DNA of 46,539 nucleotides from Rickettsia typhi (lineage in GTDB: Bacteria; Pseudomonadota; Alphaproteobacteria; Rickettsiales; UBA1997): assembly GCA_945874115.1 (NCBI GenBank), contig CAMCFD010000002.1, positions 1 through 46,539 of the forward strand, read 5' to 3'. This document shows, one piece after another, positions 35,104 to 44,666 of the stretch (positions are counted from its first letter, which is position 1; each line of letters begins with the position of its first letter). Under the pieces are notes generated by a model. It did no database searches, was not told the DNA's origin, and was given only the letters and a program-made list of their open reading frames with translations. The position numbers and the translations under genes were made by a program.

Positions 35104-35211
35104 CCGTCATTGCGGGCTTGACCCGCAATCCACCGTGCGTGAGAGTGGATTGCGGATGAAGAATTTCTAAGCCGCTAAAGCGACTAAGAAATCCTAGCTC
35201 CGCAATGACGG
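35104..35211. repeat. Nested palindromic element (REP/RPE-like) between the GIY-YIG gene and tRNA-Ala
   Basis: The outer arms are a perfect 12-bp pair, CCGTCATTGCGG (35104-35115) and CCGCAATGACGG (35200-35211). The inner arms are a perfect 11-bp hairpin, CCGCAATCCAC (35123-35133) and GTGGATTGCGG (35145-35155). The 7-mer ATTGCGG/CCGCAAT occurs 4 times in alternating orientation. Confidence 0.6.
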
Positions 35212-35250
35212 GGGAGGGTGTTGACAAAGCAAGAGTTAAAATTTCCAGTT

Positions 35251-35326
35251 GGGGCTATAGCGCAGTTGGTAGCGCGCTTGCATGGCATGCAAGAGGTCCG
35301 GGGTTCGACTCCCCGTAGCTCCACCA
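35251..35326 (+). tRNA. tRNA-Ala (anticodon GGC), CCA encoded
   Basis: It folds by hand into a 76-nt cloverleaf. The acceptor stem is GGGGCTA/TAGCTCC with the G3:U70 alanine identity pair. The D arm is GCGC/GCGC, the anticodon stem CTTGC/GCAAG with loop ATGGCAT, the T arm CGGGG-TTCGACT-CCCCG, and the 3' end is ACCA. Confidence 0.95.
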
Positions 35327-35415
35327 AATATTCTCACTCTCAAATTCCCTCAAACCTACGCCTTGAAACTTCTGCAATATTACAAAAAAATACAAAATCT
35401 TTCCAAACATTACAA

Positions 35416-35444
35416 TTTACTTTGACAAGGCCTTGATTTATAAT
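35416..35444 (+). promoter_or_regulatory. Candidate promoter for glmS
   Basis: TTTACT (35416-35421), a 17-nt spacer, then TATAAT (35439-35444), 42 nt upstream of the glmS ATG. Confidence 0.35.
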
Positions 35445-35485
35445 GGTTGCGAAGGATTTAAATAATAAATCAAATTGAACATAAA

Positions 35486-37339
35486 ATGTGCGGAATTGTT
35501 GGTGTTATCGGCCAAAATAATATAATTGAAAAAATTGTTGAAGGTTTGCGCAAGCTTGAATATCGTGGATATGACTCGGCGGGCATCGCTTTGCTTGAAG
35601 ATGGCGCCTTTAAAACTGTGAAACAAGAAGGTAAAATTGCGAAACTTGACGCGGCGATAAAAAAATCTGACTTGAGAAAATCTGATAAAAATGGCAAAGA
35701 TAAATTGGCGATCGGACACACGCGCTGGGCTACTCACGGAAGGCCAAGCCAAGAAAATGCTCACCCTCACGCTTCATCAAAAATTTGCGTGGTTCATAAC
35801 GGAATTATCGAAAATTATCAAGAATTAAAGGCGAAACTTGCGCAAAATGGCGTGCAATTTCTAAGCGAAACCGATTCTGAAATTGTGCCGCATTTAATCG
35901 AATATAATCTTGAGAAAATTGGCGATACCAAAGCGGCGATTTTAAAAACTTTGAGTGAAATTGTTGGATCTTACGCTTTTGCGATTATGTTTCGTGATAA
36001 TCCCGACTTTATTTTAATTGCGAAAAAAGGCTCGCCATTATTGGTTGGATTTGGCGAAAACGAAAATTATATCGCCTCTGATTATTACGCTTTAAGCGAA
36101 CATACGAAAAAAGTTGTATATCTTGAAGATGACCAATTTGCGTTTGTTTATAAAGATAAAGTTGATTTTTTTGATGCGAAAGGTGAAAAAATAAAGCGCG
36201 AAATTAAGATTATGGAAAATCTTGAAAGCAAGGTTTCGAAAGGCGATTTCGCTCATTTTATGTTGAAGGAAATTTATGAACAGCCGCAAGTTTTGACTAA
36301 CACAATTCAAAATTATGTCGATTTGGTTAATGATAAAATTCACTTGCCGAATTTCGCGTTTGATTTGCGCGCGATTAATAAAATCACGATTGTTGCGTGC
36401 GGAACATCATATTATTCGGGAATGGTTGCGAAATATATTCTTGAAGAAATTGCGCAAATTGAAGTTGAGGTTGACATTGCGTCAGAATTTCGTTATCGCA
36501 AAACGCCATTTCGCGCTGATAATTTGATGTTGTTTATTTCGCAGTCAGGAGAAACGGCTGACACGATCGCGGCTTTGAAATATGCGAAACAAAACGGCCA
36601 GAAAATTTTGTCGATTGTCAATGTGGCGCAAAGCAGCATGGCTCAATTGTCGGACGCGGTTATAAAAACTATTGCGGGCGTTGAAATCGGTGTGGCGTCA
36701 ACAAAGGCCTACACTGCGCAAATTGCGGTTTTGTCGCTTTTTGCGATTGAACTTGGAAAAATTCGCGGAAAAATTGATGTTGAAAAACAAAATAAATATA
36801 TAAATCAATTGATTTTGTCGAGTCAAAAAATTAAAGATTTTTTCGATAAAAATTCGATAAAAAATATTCAAAAAATCGCGAAATATTTAGCGAAATTCAA
36901 GCATATTTTATATGTCGGTAGAGGCGTTTCTTATGTGACGGCACTTGAGTCGGCGTTGAAATTGCGCGAACTTTCTTATATTGATGCGCAAGCGATTGCG
37001 GCGGGAGAATTAAAGCACGGCACGATTGCGTTGATTGACGCGAAAATGCCGGTTATTGCGATTGCGCCAAGCAATGATTTATTCGAGAAGATCTCTTCAA
37101 ACATAGAAGAAATAAGGGCCAGACAAGGTAAAGTAATTTCTCTTTCTGATAAAAAAGGAAGTGAAAGTTTGACGAATCTTTCGCAGGCGATGATTGAAAT
37201 GCCGCAAATTTCAGGCTCAATTGAAGAGGCTTTGGTTGGCGTTGTGCCTTTGCAATTATTGGCTTATTATGTTGCGCTTTATAAAGGAAATGACGTTGAT
37301 CAGCCGCGAAATTTGGCGAAATCTGTGACGGTGGAATAA
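35486..37339 (+). CDS. glmS: Glutamine--fructose-6-phosphate aminotransferase (isomerizing)
   Basis: 617 aa. N-terminal nucleophile MCGIVG, RLEYRGYDSAG, GHTRWATHG, two SIS domains (ISQSGETADT) and the C-terminal KSVTVE. Confidence 0.97.
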   Translation: MCGIVGVIGQNNIIEKIVEGLRKLEYRGYDSAGIALLEDGAFKTVKQEGKIAKLDAAIKKSDLRKSDKNGKDKLAIGHTRWATHGRPSQENAHPHASSKICVVHNGIIENYQELKAKLAQNGVQFLSETDSEIVPHLIEYNLEKIGDTKAAILKTLSEIVGSYAFAIMFRDNPDFILIAKKGSPLLVGFGENENYIASDYYALSEHTKKVVYLEDDQFAFVYKDKVDFFDAKGEKIKREIKIMENLESKVSKGDFAHFMLKEIYEQPQVLTNTIQNYVDLVNDKIHLPNFAFDLRAINKITIVACGTSYYSGMVAKYILEEIAQIEVEVDIASEFRYRKTPFRADNLMLFISQSGETADTIAALKYAKQNGQKILSIVNVAQSSMAQLSDAVIKTIAGVEIGVASTKAYTAQIAVLSLFAIELGKIRGKIDVEKQNKYINQLILSSQKIKDFFDKNSIKNIQKIAKYLAKFKHILYVGRGVSYVTALESALKLRELSYIDAQAIAAGELKHGTIALIDAKMPVIAIAPSNDLFEKISSNIEEIRARQGKVISLSDKKGSESLTNLSQAMIEMPQISGSIEEALVGVVPLQLLAYYVALYKGNDVDQPRNLAKSVTVE

Positions 37340-37381
37340 TGCTTTTCATGCTTCATAATTGCGGTCTAAACTATGGTATAA

Positions 37382-39550
37382 TTATAAATTTTTTACCGCA
37401 ATGTTAATGCTGTGAGATCTCTGAGTTTTGGTTAAATTACTTGTATTATTTTCGGTCGTCATAAACTTGATGACGACGCAGCATCCCTCATATTCAAGTG
37501 TTGCGCTTCTCATAAGATTTTTGTTGGTGACTAAGTTTTTTGTGACTGAGCCAAGAACTCTAAATCGCGGTGTAAATTTGAAGCCAATATTAAAAGTATC
37601 CTGCGCAATTTCTTCCGGATTTATCACGCCTTTTCTTATTAATAAATAATTGTTGCCAATGGTTAACCTTTTTAGCGTAAGATTAGTGATGAGTGAATTG
37701 ACCTCGTTTTTATAATTAGATTCGTTAAGTTGAAATAAATATGTCGCATTGAAATATTGCGGCAATATATAAGAAACTTGACCGACAATGTTAGATTTAT
37801 TGTTGTTGTTAAATCCGCGAATAGAAACATCTTGAACTCTTTCGCTGATGCGATAGCTTTGCCCAAGAGTAAGTTCGAATTGTCCAAGTCGGTTAAACAT
37901 TGCAGACTTTGCGCCATAACTAATTCTTTCACCTGCCTCATTCCTGTCATATCCCGCAATTCGGTCGTTGACGAACAAGTTGTTAACCGTAAGTTCAGAG
38001 TTGTTGCTGTCTTCGTTTGGCAGAGATAGATAATTTTTCTTGAATGATGATGAGACAAAATTAACCGTTGGCTCAAGCATCAAGGTATTCGATTTTGTTT
38101 TTTGAATTAACGGAAGGCGCCACATGGCTGAAAATTCTGGTTTATAATTTGATTGAGATTGTTTGTAGTCCGCGTGAGTTTCGCCAAATTTATAATTATT
38201 ATCGAGAGAATAATAATCAATTGCAACTTTGCTGGTTAGGTCGATTAAGTTTCCATAAAAATTGAGCGGTATTTTCACACTCGGGTCAACAGTCAAGCGG
38301 CGATATTGCAAACCACTTTCGCGAGTTATTGTCGTAAAATTGGTTGATAAAGCATATTTTTCTTTAAAGAATAGTGATTTGCCGCTTTCCTTGTAATAGG
38401 TGATGGAGGGGAGAGCCCATTGCGCCTGTTTGGCTAGTGTTGATTCTAATTCTTGAAAGCGAATCGTTTTGACGCCCAAATATTCTCTGCCCTTGGTGTA
38501 GTCATAATTTATTTTTGACGTAGTGAAAGCATTGAAATCAAAGTTATAATCGCGAAGATAATCTCTGTCACCAATCGTGTGAATATTGTGTTTTACGCTT
38601 GAATTTTCAGTGAAAACCAAAGCGCCGCTGCTTCTAAAATCATAGCGATATTCTTTGTCTGTTCTTTTTACGACGGTCGTGTTGGTTTGTGTTCTTATTT
38701 CGTTGTTAGAAACCTCTAAGCTTGCCTTATATTCGCCATATTTTAAAATATGATAAACCTCATTTTTAATGGTGATTTGGTCGCTGTTTTTATATAATCT
38801 TGGCGTGACGGTTAAATCGATATTCGGTGCTACATCGACGAAATAAGGGATGTTGGCGCCAATGCCGAAGTTCGAGTTGTTAAGATAAGTCGGCGCTAGA
38901 AATCCACTTTTTCTTTCGCTGTTTTTCATAGGAACGCTTAAATATGGCGTATAAAAAACTGGAAAATTGTAAATTCTGACGATCCCATTTGTGGTTCTCA
39001 TCACTTGTTTTTCTTGATCGATTGTTGTTTTGCTTGACTTGATCGATAATAAATCGAATAATTTTCCAGCATTTTCGTTATTTTGCACAATTTTATCGTT
39101 TGGACAAATTGAAAAAATTGGCTTTGTCAGAACGGTTATAAGACTGCTTTTCTTCTCAACTTTTCTCGATTTAAGATATGATCCGTCATTGAAAATTATG
39201 ACGCTATCGGGGAAAGATCCTTGCGTGAAATCGTCTTTTATTTCGGCATAATTCGTTAATATTTTACCTATTTCAATGTCGGTGATTCTTACGTTTTCAT
39301 AGGCCTTAATCCAGCCAGTGTTTTTATCGTAAGACATTCTTTCTGAAGTTGCTTTAGAAGGGCCGTTAACAACTTCTACATGGCCAATTGCGGTTATGAT
39401 ATTTTGGTCGCGATCTCCTTCAAGCGTGTCAGCTTTCAGAATGGTTTTTTCGTCTTCTCTGTTATATTTCGCTGTCGGACTAAAGATTGCATAACAATTT
39501 GAACTTGCCAGAATAAAAACAAATAAAAATTTTATGAAATAGCGCATCAT
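37382..39550 (-). CDS. lptD: LPS-assembly outer-membrane protein LptD (OstA family)
   Basis: 722 aa. Signal peptide MMRYFIKFLFVFILASSNCYA and an OstA-like N-terminal beta-jellyroll (ILKADTLEGDRDQNIITAIGHVEV). A long region of alternating aromatic and hydrophilic residues is typical of a large beta-barrel. Confidence 0.8.
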   Translation of the reverse strand: MMRYFIKFLFVFILASSNCYAIFSPTAKYNREDEKTILKADTLEGDRDQNIITAIGHVEVVNGPSKATSERMSYDKNTGWIKAYENVRITDIEIGKILTNYAEIKDDFTQGSFPDSVIIFNDGSYLKSRKVEKKSSLITVLTKPIFSICPNDKIVQNNENAGKLFDLLSIKSSKTTIDQEKQVMRTTNGIVRIYNFPVFYTPYLSVPMKNSERKSGFLAPTYLNNSNFGIGANIPYFVDVAPNIDLTVTPRLYKNSDQITIKNEVYHILKYGEYKASLEVSNNEIRTQTNTTVVKRTDKEYRYDFRSSGALVFTENSSVKHNIHTIGDRDYLRDYNFDFNAFTTSKINYDYTKGREYLGVKTIRFQELESTLAKQAQWALPSITYYKESGKSLFFKEKYALSTNFTTITRESGLQYRRLTVDPSVKIPLNFYGNLIDLTSKVAIDYYSLDNNYKFGETHADYKQSQSNYKPEFSAMWRLPLIQKTKSNTLMLEPTVNFVSSSFKKNYLSLPNEDSNNSELTVNNLFVNDRIAGYDRNEAGERISYGAKSAMFNRLGQFELTLGQSYRISERVQDVSIRGFNNNNKSNIVGQVSYILPQYFNATYLFQLNESNYKNEVNSLITNLTLKRLTIGNNYLLIRKGVINPEEIAQDTFNIGFKFTPRFRVLGSVTKNLVTNKNLMRSATLEYEGCCVVIKFMTTENNTSNLTKTQRSHSINIAVKNL

Positions 39551-39551
39551 T

Positions 39552-41099
39552 TTATGCTATGCTAATTTTTTTCAGTTTTGTTTTTTTGGCCCACAAAACA
39601 ATAATCATTCTCGTAAGAATTATTGCGCAAAACATTGATGATAAAATTCCAATCGACAATGTGACGGCGAATCCTTTGACTGATCCGGTGCCAAATATAT
39701 ACAAAAATAATGCGATTATTAATGTTGTAATGTTTGAGTCAAGAATTGTGCGAAATGCTTGAGAGAAGCCATTTTCAAGTGATAAAAACACAGAATTTTT
39801 GCTTCGGAATTCTTCTTTAATTCTTTCGAAAATTAACACGTTAGCATCAACCGACATGCCCATTGTAAGTGCGATTCCGGCGATTCCGGGTAATGTTAGT
39901 GTTGCGCCAATAAGCGCCAAAATTGCTAAAATCATTGCGATGTTTACAAACATTGCAACAGACGCGATTAGGCCAAAAAACCCATAAAACATGACCATTA
40001 ATATTGTAATCAAAAATAAGCTGATTATCGAGGCGAAAGCCCCGCTTTTTATTGAGTCAAAACCAAGAGACGGCCCGATTGACCTTTCTTCAATAATTTC
40101 AAGAGGGGCGGGAAGGGCGCCAGCTCTAAGCAACAAAGCCAAATCTGCCGCTTCTTTCGTGGTGAAATTTCCGGTGATTACTCCGCTTCCTTGGCTAATT
40201 GTCGTGTTAATTTTTGGCGCTGTGATTACTTTATTATCGAGGACGATGGCAAAAATTCTGCCGATATTTTCTGAGGTAATTTTGGCGAATTTTTTCGTTC
40301 CTGCTTGGTTAAGGCGGAAAGAAACAGCGGGAGCGCCTTCAAAATAGGTCGGGCTCGCGTCAACCAATAAATCTCCACTTAAAGCAACTTCTTTTTCGAT
40401 GAAAAATATTCTGTCTTCTTCGCCAGAAACAGCCATAAGTCTTGGGTCGACTAATTGTGTTGTTGAGCCTTCTTTAAAAGTTTCGCCTGACACAAAATGA
40501 AAAGTCATCTTTGCTGTTTTGCCAAGTAAAAGTTTTATGTCGCTCGAGTTTTCGACGCCCGGAACCTGAAGCAAAATTCTTTTTTGGCCTTGAGCCTGAA
40601 TGCTTGGTTCTTTGGTTCCAGATTCGTCAACTCTTCGTCTGATAATTTCTATTGATTGTGAAACGAGGTTTTTTCTGAGATTTTCAAGTTCTGACTTAGA
40701 AAAATAAACAGTAAGGCTGTTGCTGTTCTCGTCGATTTCTAAATTTTTGTTAATTTCGAAAATTGCTTTTTTCGCACCTTTTTTTTCTGTTTCACTATAA
40801 AATTCGATAACTATTTGGTTGCCAATCTGTTCTGCCGTGGCTCGAACTGATTCTTCCCTAAATTGATTTTTAATGTCGTCTTTAAGATTTTTTAATTTTT
40901 CTTGAATGTAATATTCGAAATTTGCTTCTAATAATAATTGCGATCCGCCGCGCAAATCAAGACCAAGATTGATTTTTTTGCCAGGTAGATATTTTGACAA
41001 AGAATCTTGGTTTTGAAAAAAAGAAGGTGCTGCAAAAAGAAAAGATGCGAAGCAGGCCAATAAGATTAGAGAAATTTTTATTTTCGAAAAATTTAACAT
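39552..41099 (-). CDS. secD: Protein translocase subunit SecD (stand-alone, not fused to SecF)
   Basis: 515 aa. INLGLDLRGGSQLLLE, LGKTAKMTFH, IEERSIGPSLG and six C-terminal TM helices with GIAGIALTMGMSVDANVLIFERIKEE. Confidence 0.93.
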   Translation of the reverse strand: MLNFSKIKISLILLACFASFLFAAPSFFQNQDSLSKYLPGKKINLGLDLRGGSQLLLEANFEYYIQEKLKNLKDDIKNQFREESVRATAEQIGNQIVIEFYSETEKKGAKKAIFEINKNLEIDENSNSLTVYFSKSELENLRKNLVSQSIEIIRRRVDESGTKEPSIQAQGQKRILLQVPGVENSSDIKLLLGKTAKMTFHFVSGETFKEGSTTQLVDPRLMAVSGEEDRIFFIEKEVALSGDLLVDASPTYFEGAPAVSFRLNQAGTKKFAKITSENIGRIFAIVLDNKVITAPKINTTISQGSGVITGNFTTKEAADLALLLRAGALPAPLEIIEERSIGPSLGFDSIKSGAFASIISLFLITILMVMFYGFFGLIASVAMFVNIAMILAILALIGATLTLPGIAGIALTMGMSVDANVLIFERIKEEFRSKNSVFLSLENGFSQAFRTILDSNITTLIIALFLYIFGTGSVKGFAVTLSIGILSSMFCAIILTRMIIVLWAKKTKLKKISIA

Positions 41100-41458
41100 T
41101 ATTTTTTTGATTTTTTGTTGGGTTTTTCTTCTTTTTTATCAGCCAATTCTGCGACAAAGTTGCGTAGCATTTTTACAACAACTCCGCTAGAAATTTCGAC
41201 TTCAACGATATTATCTTTTTTGTCGATTTCTCTGATAACGCCGATAATTCCGCTGTTGGTGATAACTTTGTCGCCAATTTTTAGTGCATTAACCAAAGTT
41301 TGGTGTTCTTTAATTTTCTTGCTTTGTGGTCTAATAATTAAAAAATATATAATTGCCAAAACTAAAATTAGTGGTGCAAAGCTAGCGATAGAAAATTCTG
41401 GTTGAATTTGTGTAGCGTCAATTTCTTGTGCTCTTACTTCTGAGATTAAAATTGTCAT
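41099..41458 (-). CDS. yajC: Preprotein translocase subunit YajC
   Basis: 119 aa. One TM helix followed by IIRPQSKKIKEHQTLVNALKIGDKVITNSGIIGVI, the YajC signature. It lies directly upstream of secD. Confidence 0.9.
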   Translation of the reverse strand: MTILISEVRAQEIDATQIQPEFSIASFAPLILVLAIIYFLIIRPQSKKIKEHQTLVNALKIGDKVITNSGIIGVIREIDKKDNIVEVEISSGVVVKMLRNFVAELADKKEEKPNKKSKK

Positions 41459-41495
41459 TTTGCGATATAATATAAGTTGATAAAATTTGCGAAGC

Positions 41496-42152
41496 CTAGA
41501 TTATTTTTTGTCCGGTTGATTGCCAGTCTTTTAAGAAAGTTTCCAATCCTTTGTCAGTTAGTGGGTGAGAAACAAGCTGTTTTAAAACTTTTGCAGGAAT
41601 TGTAGCAACATCAGCGCCCATTTTCGCAGAATTAACTATGTGCATTGGACTACGAATTGAGGCGACCAAAACTTGTGTTTTGAAGTTTGGATAATTGTTA
41701 TAAATTGTGCAAATTTCTTCGATTAATCCAAGGCCTTCTTGACCAACATCGTCAAGTCTTCCGACGAATGGTGAAACGAAAGTCGCGCCAGCTTTTGCGG
41801 CCAAAATTGCTTGCGCGGCTGAAAAACAAAGTGTTACGTTGGTTTGAATTCCTTTGTCTGAGAAATATTTGCAAGCTTTTAGGCCGTCAATTGTCATCGG
41901 CAATTTTATGCAGACATTTTTGGCGATTTTGCTCAAAATTTCACCTTCTTTAATTATGGTTTCATAATCAATTGCAGCAACTTCGGCGCTTACGGGGCCC
42001 TCAACGATGTCGCAAATTTCTTTGATGATAGTTTTAAAATCGCGCCCAGCTTTAGCGATTAATGACGGGTTGGTTGTTACTCCGTCAAGCATTCCAAAGC
42101 TTGCAATTTCTTTAATTTCGTTAATATCAGCTGAATCTATAAAAAATTTCAT
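41496..42152 (-). CDS. Short-type transaldolase / fructose-6-phosphate aldolase family protein
   Basis: 218 aa. [23 protein letters not shown], the Schiff-base Lys context CIKLPMT and [11 protein letters not shown]. Confidence 0.9.
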   Translation of the reverse strand: MKFFIDSADINEIKEIASFGMLDGVTTNPSLIAKAGRDFKTIIKEICDIVEGPVSAEVAAIDYETIIKEGEILSKIAKNVCIKLPMTIDGLKACKYFSDKGIQTNVTLCFSAAQAILAAKAGATFVSPFVGRLDDVGQEGLGLIEEICTIYNNYPNFKTQVLVASIRSPMHIVNSAKMGADVATIPAKVLKQLVSHPLTDKGLETFLKDWQSTGQKII

Positions 42153-42265
42153 AAAAATGTTAAATAGTTGTTAAAATTTAAGGTTCTTGCTATTATAATT
42201 GCTAAAACTGTGTAAATCAACATAAAATTTGCCGGTTTTGCATTTTAAAATATAAATAAAATTGA

Positions 42266-44263
42266 ATGGAAAAGTTTTTTAGCGTTTTGCTTACATTGCC
42301 ATTTAACGAGGGTTTTAGCTATAAAAGTTGCGATTTAACGATTGAGGTCGGCGATATTGTAAAAGTTCCGTTTGGAAAAAGATCGCTTTTTGGAGTTGTA
42401 ATCGACAAGCTTAGTTTTGAAGAATTTAGCGCGAAAAACACGCTTGATTTAGCGAAAATAAAAGAGATTTCTTGCAAAAACAACCTGATAAAATTAGATG
42501 TAAAAATACTTGAATTTATTGACAAAATTGCAAGTTATAATTTAGCGCCAAAAGGCTTGGTCTTAAAGGCTTTTATCGGATTTTTAAATTCCGATAAAGT
42601 GAAAGATGAGAAGATCGCTAAAAGTTCTTTTTTACAAGAAATAAATGTTAAAAATTTTCAGTTAAAAAGCCTGTCGCAAAATCAACATGAAATTGCCAAA
42701 AAAATCGTTGAAGATTTTGAAAATAAAAGTAAAAATGTTGTTCTTATTGATGGCGTTACGGGCTCTGGAAAAACTGAAGTTTATTTTGAAGTAATCGCCC
42801 AAACCTTGAAAGAAAAAGATGCGCAAGTTTTGGTTATGTTGCCAGAAATTGCCCTTACAAGCCAAATAGTTTCGCGCTTTGAGGGTGTTTTTGGCTTTAA
42901 ACCGGCCTTGTGGCATTCAAAAATTTCAAAAAAAGAGAAAAGAGATATTTTTTATGGAATCGCCAATAGTTCAGTCAAAGTCTTGATTGGTGCGCGTTCA
43001 AGCCTTTTGCTGCCTTTTAAAAATCTACGCCTAACTGTGGTTGATGAAGAACATGATTCTTCATATAAACAAGAAGAGATTTTTAACTTTAACGCTCGCG
43101 ACATGGCGATTTTAAAGGCGCAAATCGATAAATCAAATGTCATTTTATCGTCGGCAACGCCATCTTTAGAGAGTTTTTATAACGCAAAAAGTGGTAAATA
43201 TGGCTATTTTTCGCTTGGCGAGCAATTTAACCAAAAAATTAATGCCGTAAACATAATAGATTTAAAGCGCGAGAAGCTTAAAAAAGACAGTTTTATTTCG
43301 ACGCAATTATTAGACGAATTAGCGAAAAATTTTGCCAAAAAACATCAGAGTTTGCTGTTTTTAAATCGCCGCGGATATTCTCCTATAACGCTTTGCAAGG
43401 CTTGTGGAGAAAAAGTGAATTGCCCCAATTGTTCATCATATTTGGTTCATCACAAAGCCTTAAAAAACTCAATTTGCCATTATTGCGGACATAATGAAAA
43501 TTTTTCGTCAGATTGCAGAAAGTGCCTTGAAAAAAATTCAATTATAAATTTCGGAGTTGGTGTAGAGAAGCTTAAAGAGGAAGTTGAGGCTGTTTTTCCT
43601 GAGGCGAAAATTATGGTTGTGACAAGCGATAATTTGGCGAATTTTAAAGATGTTGAAAGTTTGGTTAAAAAAATCACAGAAAATGGTGTTGACATCATCA
43701 TAGGAACGCAAATGATCGCCAAGGGCTATGATTTTCCGAATTTAACTATGGTTGGCGTCGTTGACGCCGATAGTGCCTTCTATTCGTCAGATTTGAAGTC
43801 TAGCGAGAAATCTTTTCAGCTTCTCAGCCAAGTTTTTGGAAGGGCGGGGCGTAAAGATCATCAGGGTAGAGTTTTTGTGCAAACTTACAACCCTGAAAAT
43901 TTTATTTTAAAAAAACTTATTGCAAATGATAAAAATGGGTTTTATAACTTTGAGTTAGAAAATAGAAAAGCGTCAAATATGCCGCCTTTTGCAAAAATGG
44001 CCAATATTGTCGTGAATTCTCTACAGCAAGAAAAGGCTTTGAGAGCGGCGAAAGATATAGTAAAAAATGTTCCTTTTAGTGATAAAATAGAAGTCTTCGG
44101 ACCAGCTCCGGCGCTTCTTTTTCGCTTAAGAAACAGATATTATTACAATATTTTTTTGAAGGTCGAAAGAAAAATTAACTTGCAGAAATTAATTTTAGAT
44201 ATTACAAATAGAGTTGACTTTTTAAATCAAGTTAGTGTAAAAATTGATATAGATCCACAATAA
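42266..44263 (+). CDS. priA: Primosomal protein N' (replication restart helicase PriA)
   Basis: 665 aa. Walker A GVTGSGKTEVY, DEEHD box, Cys-rich zinc-binding insertion CKACGEKVNCPNCSSYLVHH....CHYCGH....CRKC and GTQMIAKGYDFPN. Confidence 0.93.
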   Translation: MEKFFSVLLTLPFNEGFSYKSCDLTIEVGDIVKVPFGKRSLFGVVIDKLSFEEFSAKNTLDLAKIKEISCKNNLIKLDVKILEFIDKIASYNLAPKGLVLKAFIGFLNSDKVKDEKIAKSSFLQEINVKNFQLKSLSQNQHEIAKKIVEDFENKSKNVVLIDGVTGSGKTEVYFEVIAQTLKEKDAQVLVMLPEIALTSQIVSRFEGVFGFKPALWHSKISKKEKRDIFYGIANSSVKVLIGARSSLLLPFKNLRLTVVDEEHDSSYKQEEIFNFNARDMAILKAQIDKSNVILSSATPSLESFYNAKSGKYGYFSLGEQFNQKINAVNIIDLKREKLKKDSFISTQLLDELAKNFAKKHQSLLFLNRRGYSPITLCKACGEKVNCPNCSSYLVHHKALKNSICHYCGHNENFSSDCRKCLEKNSIINFGVGVEKLKEEVEAVFPEAKIMVVTSDNLANFKDVESLVKKITENGVDIIIGTQMIAKGYDFPNLTMVGVVDADSAFYSSDLKSSEKSFQLLSQVFGRAGRKDHQGRVFVQTYNPENFILKKLIANDKNGFYNFELENRKASNMPPFAKMANIVVNSLQQEKALRAAKDIVKNVPFSDKIEVFGPAPALLFRLRNRYYYNIFLKVERKINLQKLILDITNRVDFLNQVSVKIDIDPQ

Positions 44264-44287
44264 ATTTATTAATTAAATTATTAAAAT

Positions 44288-44662
44288 ATGAAAAGCGTAT
44301 TGAGTATGTTCAAAGTGAAAGACGCAGAAAATGAAGGCGCTACTACTCGCAACAGCAGCCTAGCTTCGCAAAATGATTTTCAAGATTTCGAAGATGATTT
44401 TTATGATGAAAGTGAAGATTCTTCTGGAGATGTTTTTGAAGATTTTACAAATAAAGTTCAATCTTTGCTTGACGAGGGCGCTATGGCTCTTGAAATTGCT
44501 GAAGAAAAAACTGCACAACTTGAAGAAGTTGAAGCTGGTTCTTCAAAATATAAAATGCTAGTTGAAGAAATCAAAATTGCTCAAGCTGACGCTAGACAAA
44601 ATTTTGATGACGCTGAATTTTTGATTCAAAAAGCAAATGAAATTCTAGAAAATAACGCATAA
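44288..44662 (+). CDS. Acidic hypothetical protein
   Basis: 124 aa. It has a D/E-rich low-complexity centre (DFQDFEDDFYDESEDSSGDVFEDF) and a helical, coiled-coil-like C-terminus. I recognise no family. Confidence 0.45.
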   Translation: MKSVLSMFKVKDAENEGATTRNSSLASQNDFQDFEDDFYDESEDSSGDVFEDFTNKVQSLLDEGAMALEIAEEKTAQLEEVEAGSSKYKMLVEEIKIAQADARQNFDDAEFLIQKANEILENNA

Positions 44663-44666
44663 GTTT

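Noticed and set aside
35221-35242. A consensus TTGACA just upstream of tRNA-Ala, considered as its promoter -35 element.
   Set aside because: The only -10-like hexamer (TAAAAT, 35237-35242) is 10 nt away, which is far from the functional 16-18 nt spacing.
35218-35436. A 72-aa plus-strand ORF (TTG start) in the track.
   Set aside because: It is read straight through the tRNA-Ala gene (35251-35326) and the glmS promoter region. It is a translation artefact of a structural RNA, not a gene.
35327-35485. A possible glmS ribozyme or riboswitch, or an sRNA, in the tRNA-glmS spacer.
   Set aside because: The putative leader is only ~40 nt after the candidate -10 element and is AT-rich, with no conserved glmS-ribozyme core or stable pseudoknot visible. 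That ribozyme is also a Gram-positive feature.
35438-35770. Minus-strand ORFs of 110 aa and 83 aa antisense to the 5' end of glmS.
   Set aside because: They lie entirely within or overlap the highly conserved glmS coding sequence. They have no SD and low-complexity translations. These are typical shadow ORFs.
37672-38076. ORFs of 134 aa (minus strand) and 90 aa (plus strand, 37757-38029) inside lptD.
   Set aside because: They are alternative-frame or antisense ORFs nested within a well-supported 722-aa gene. Their translations are low-complexity with no family resemblance.
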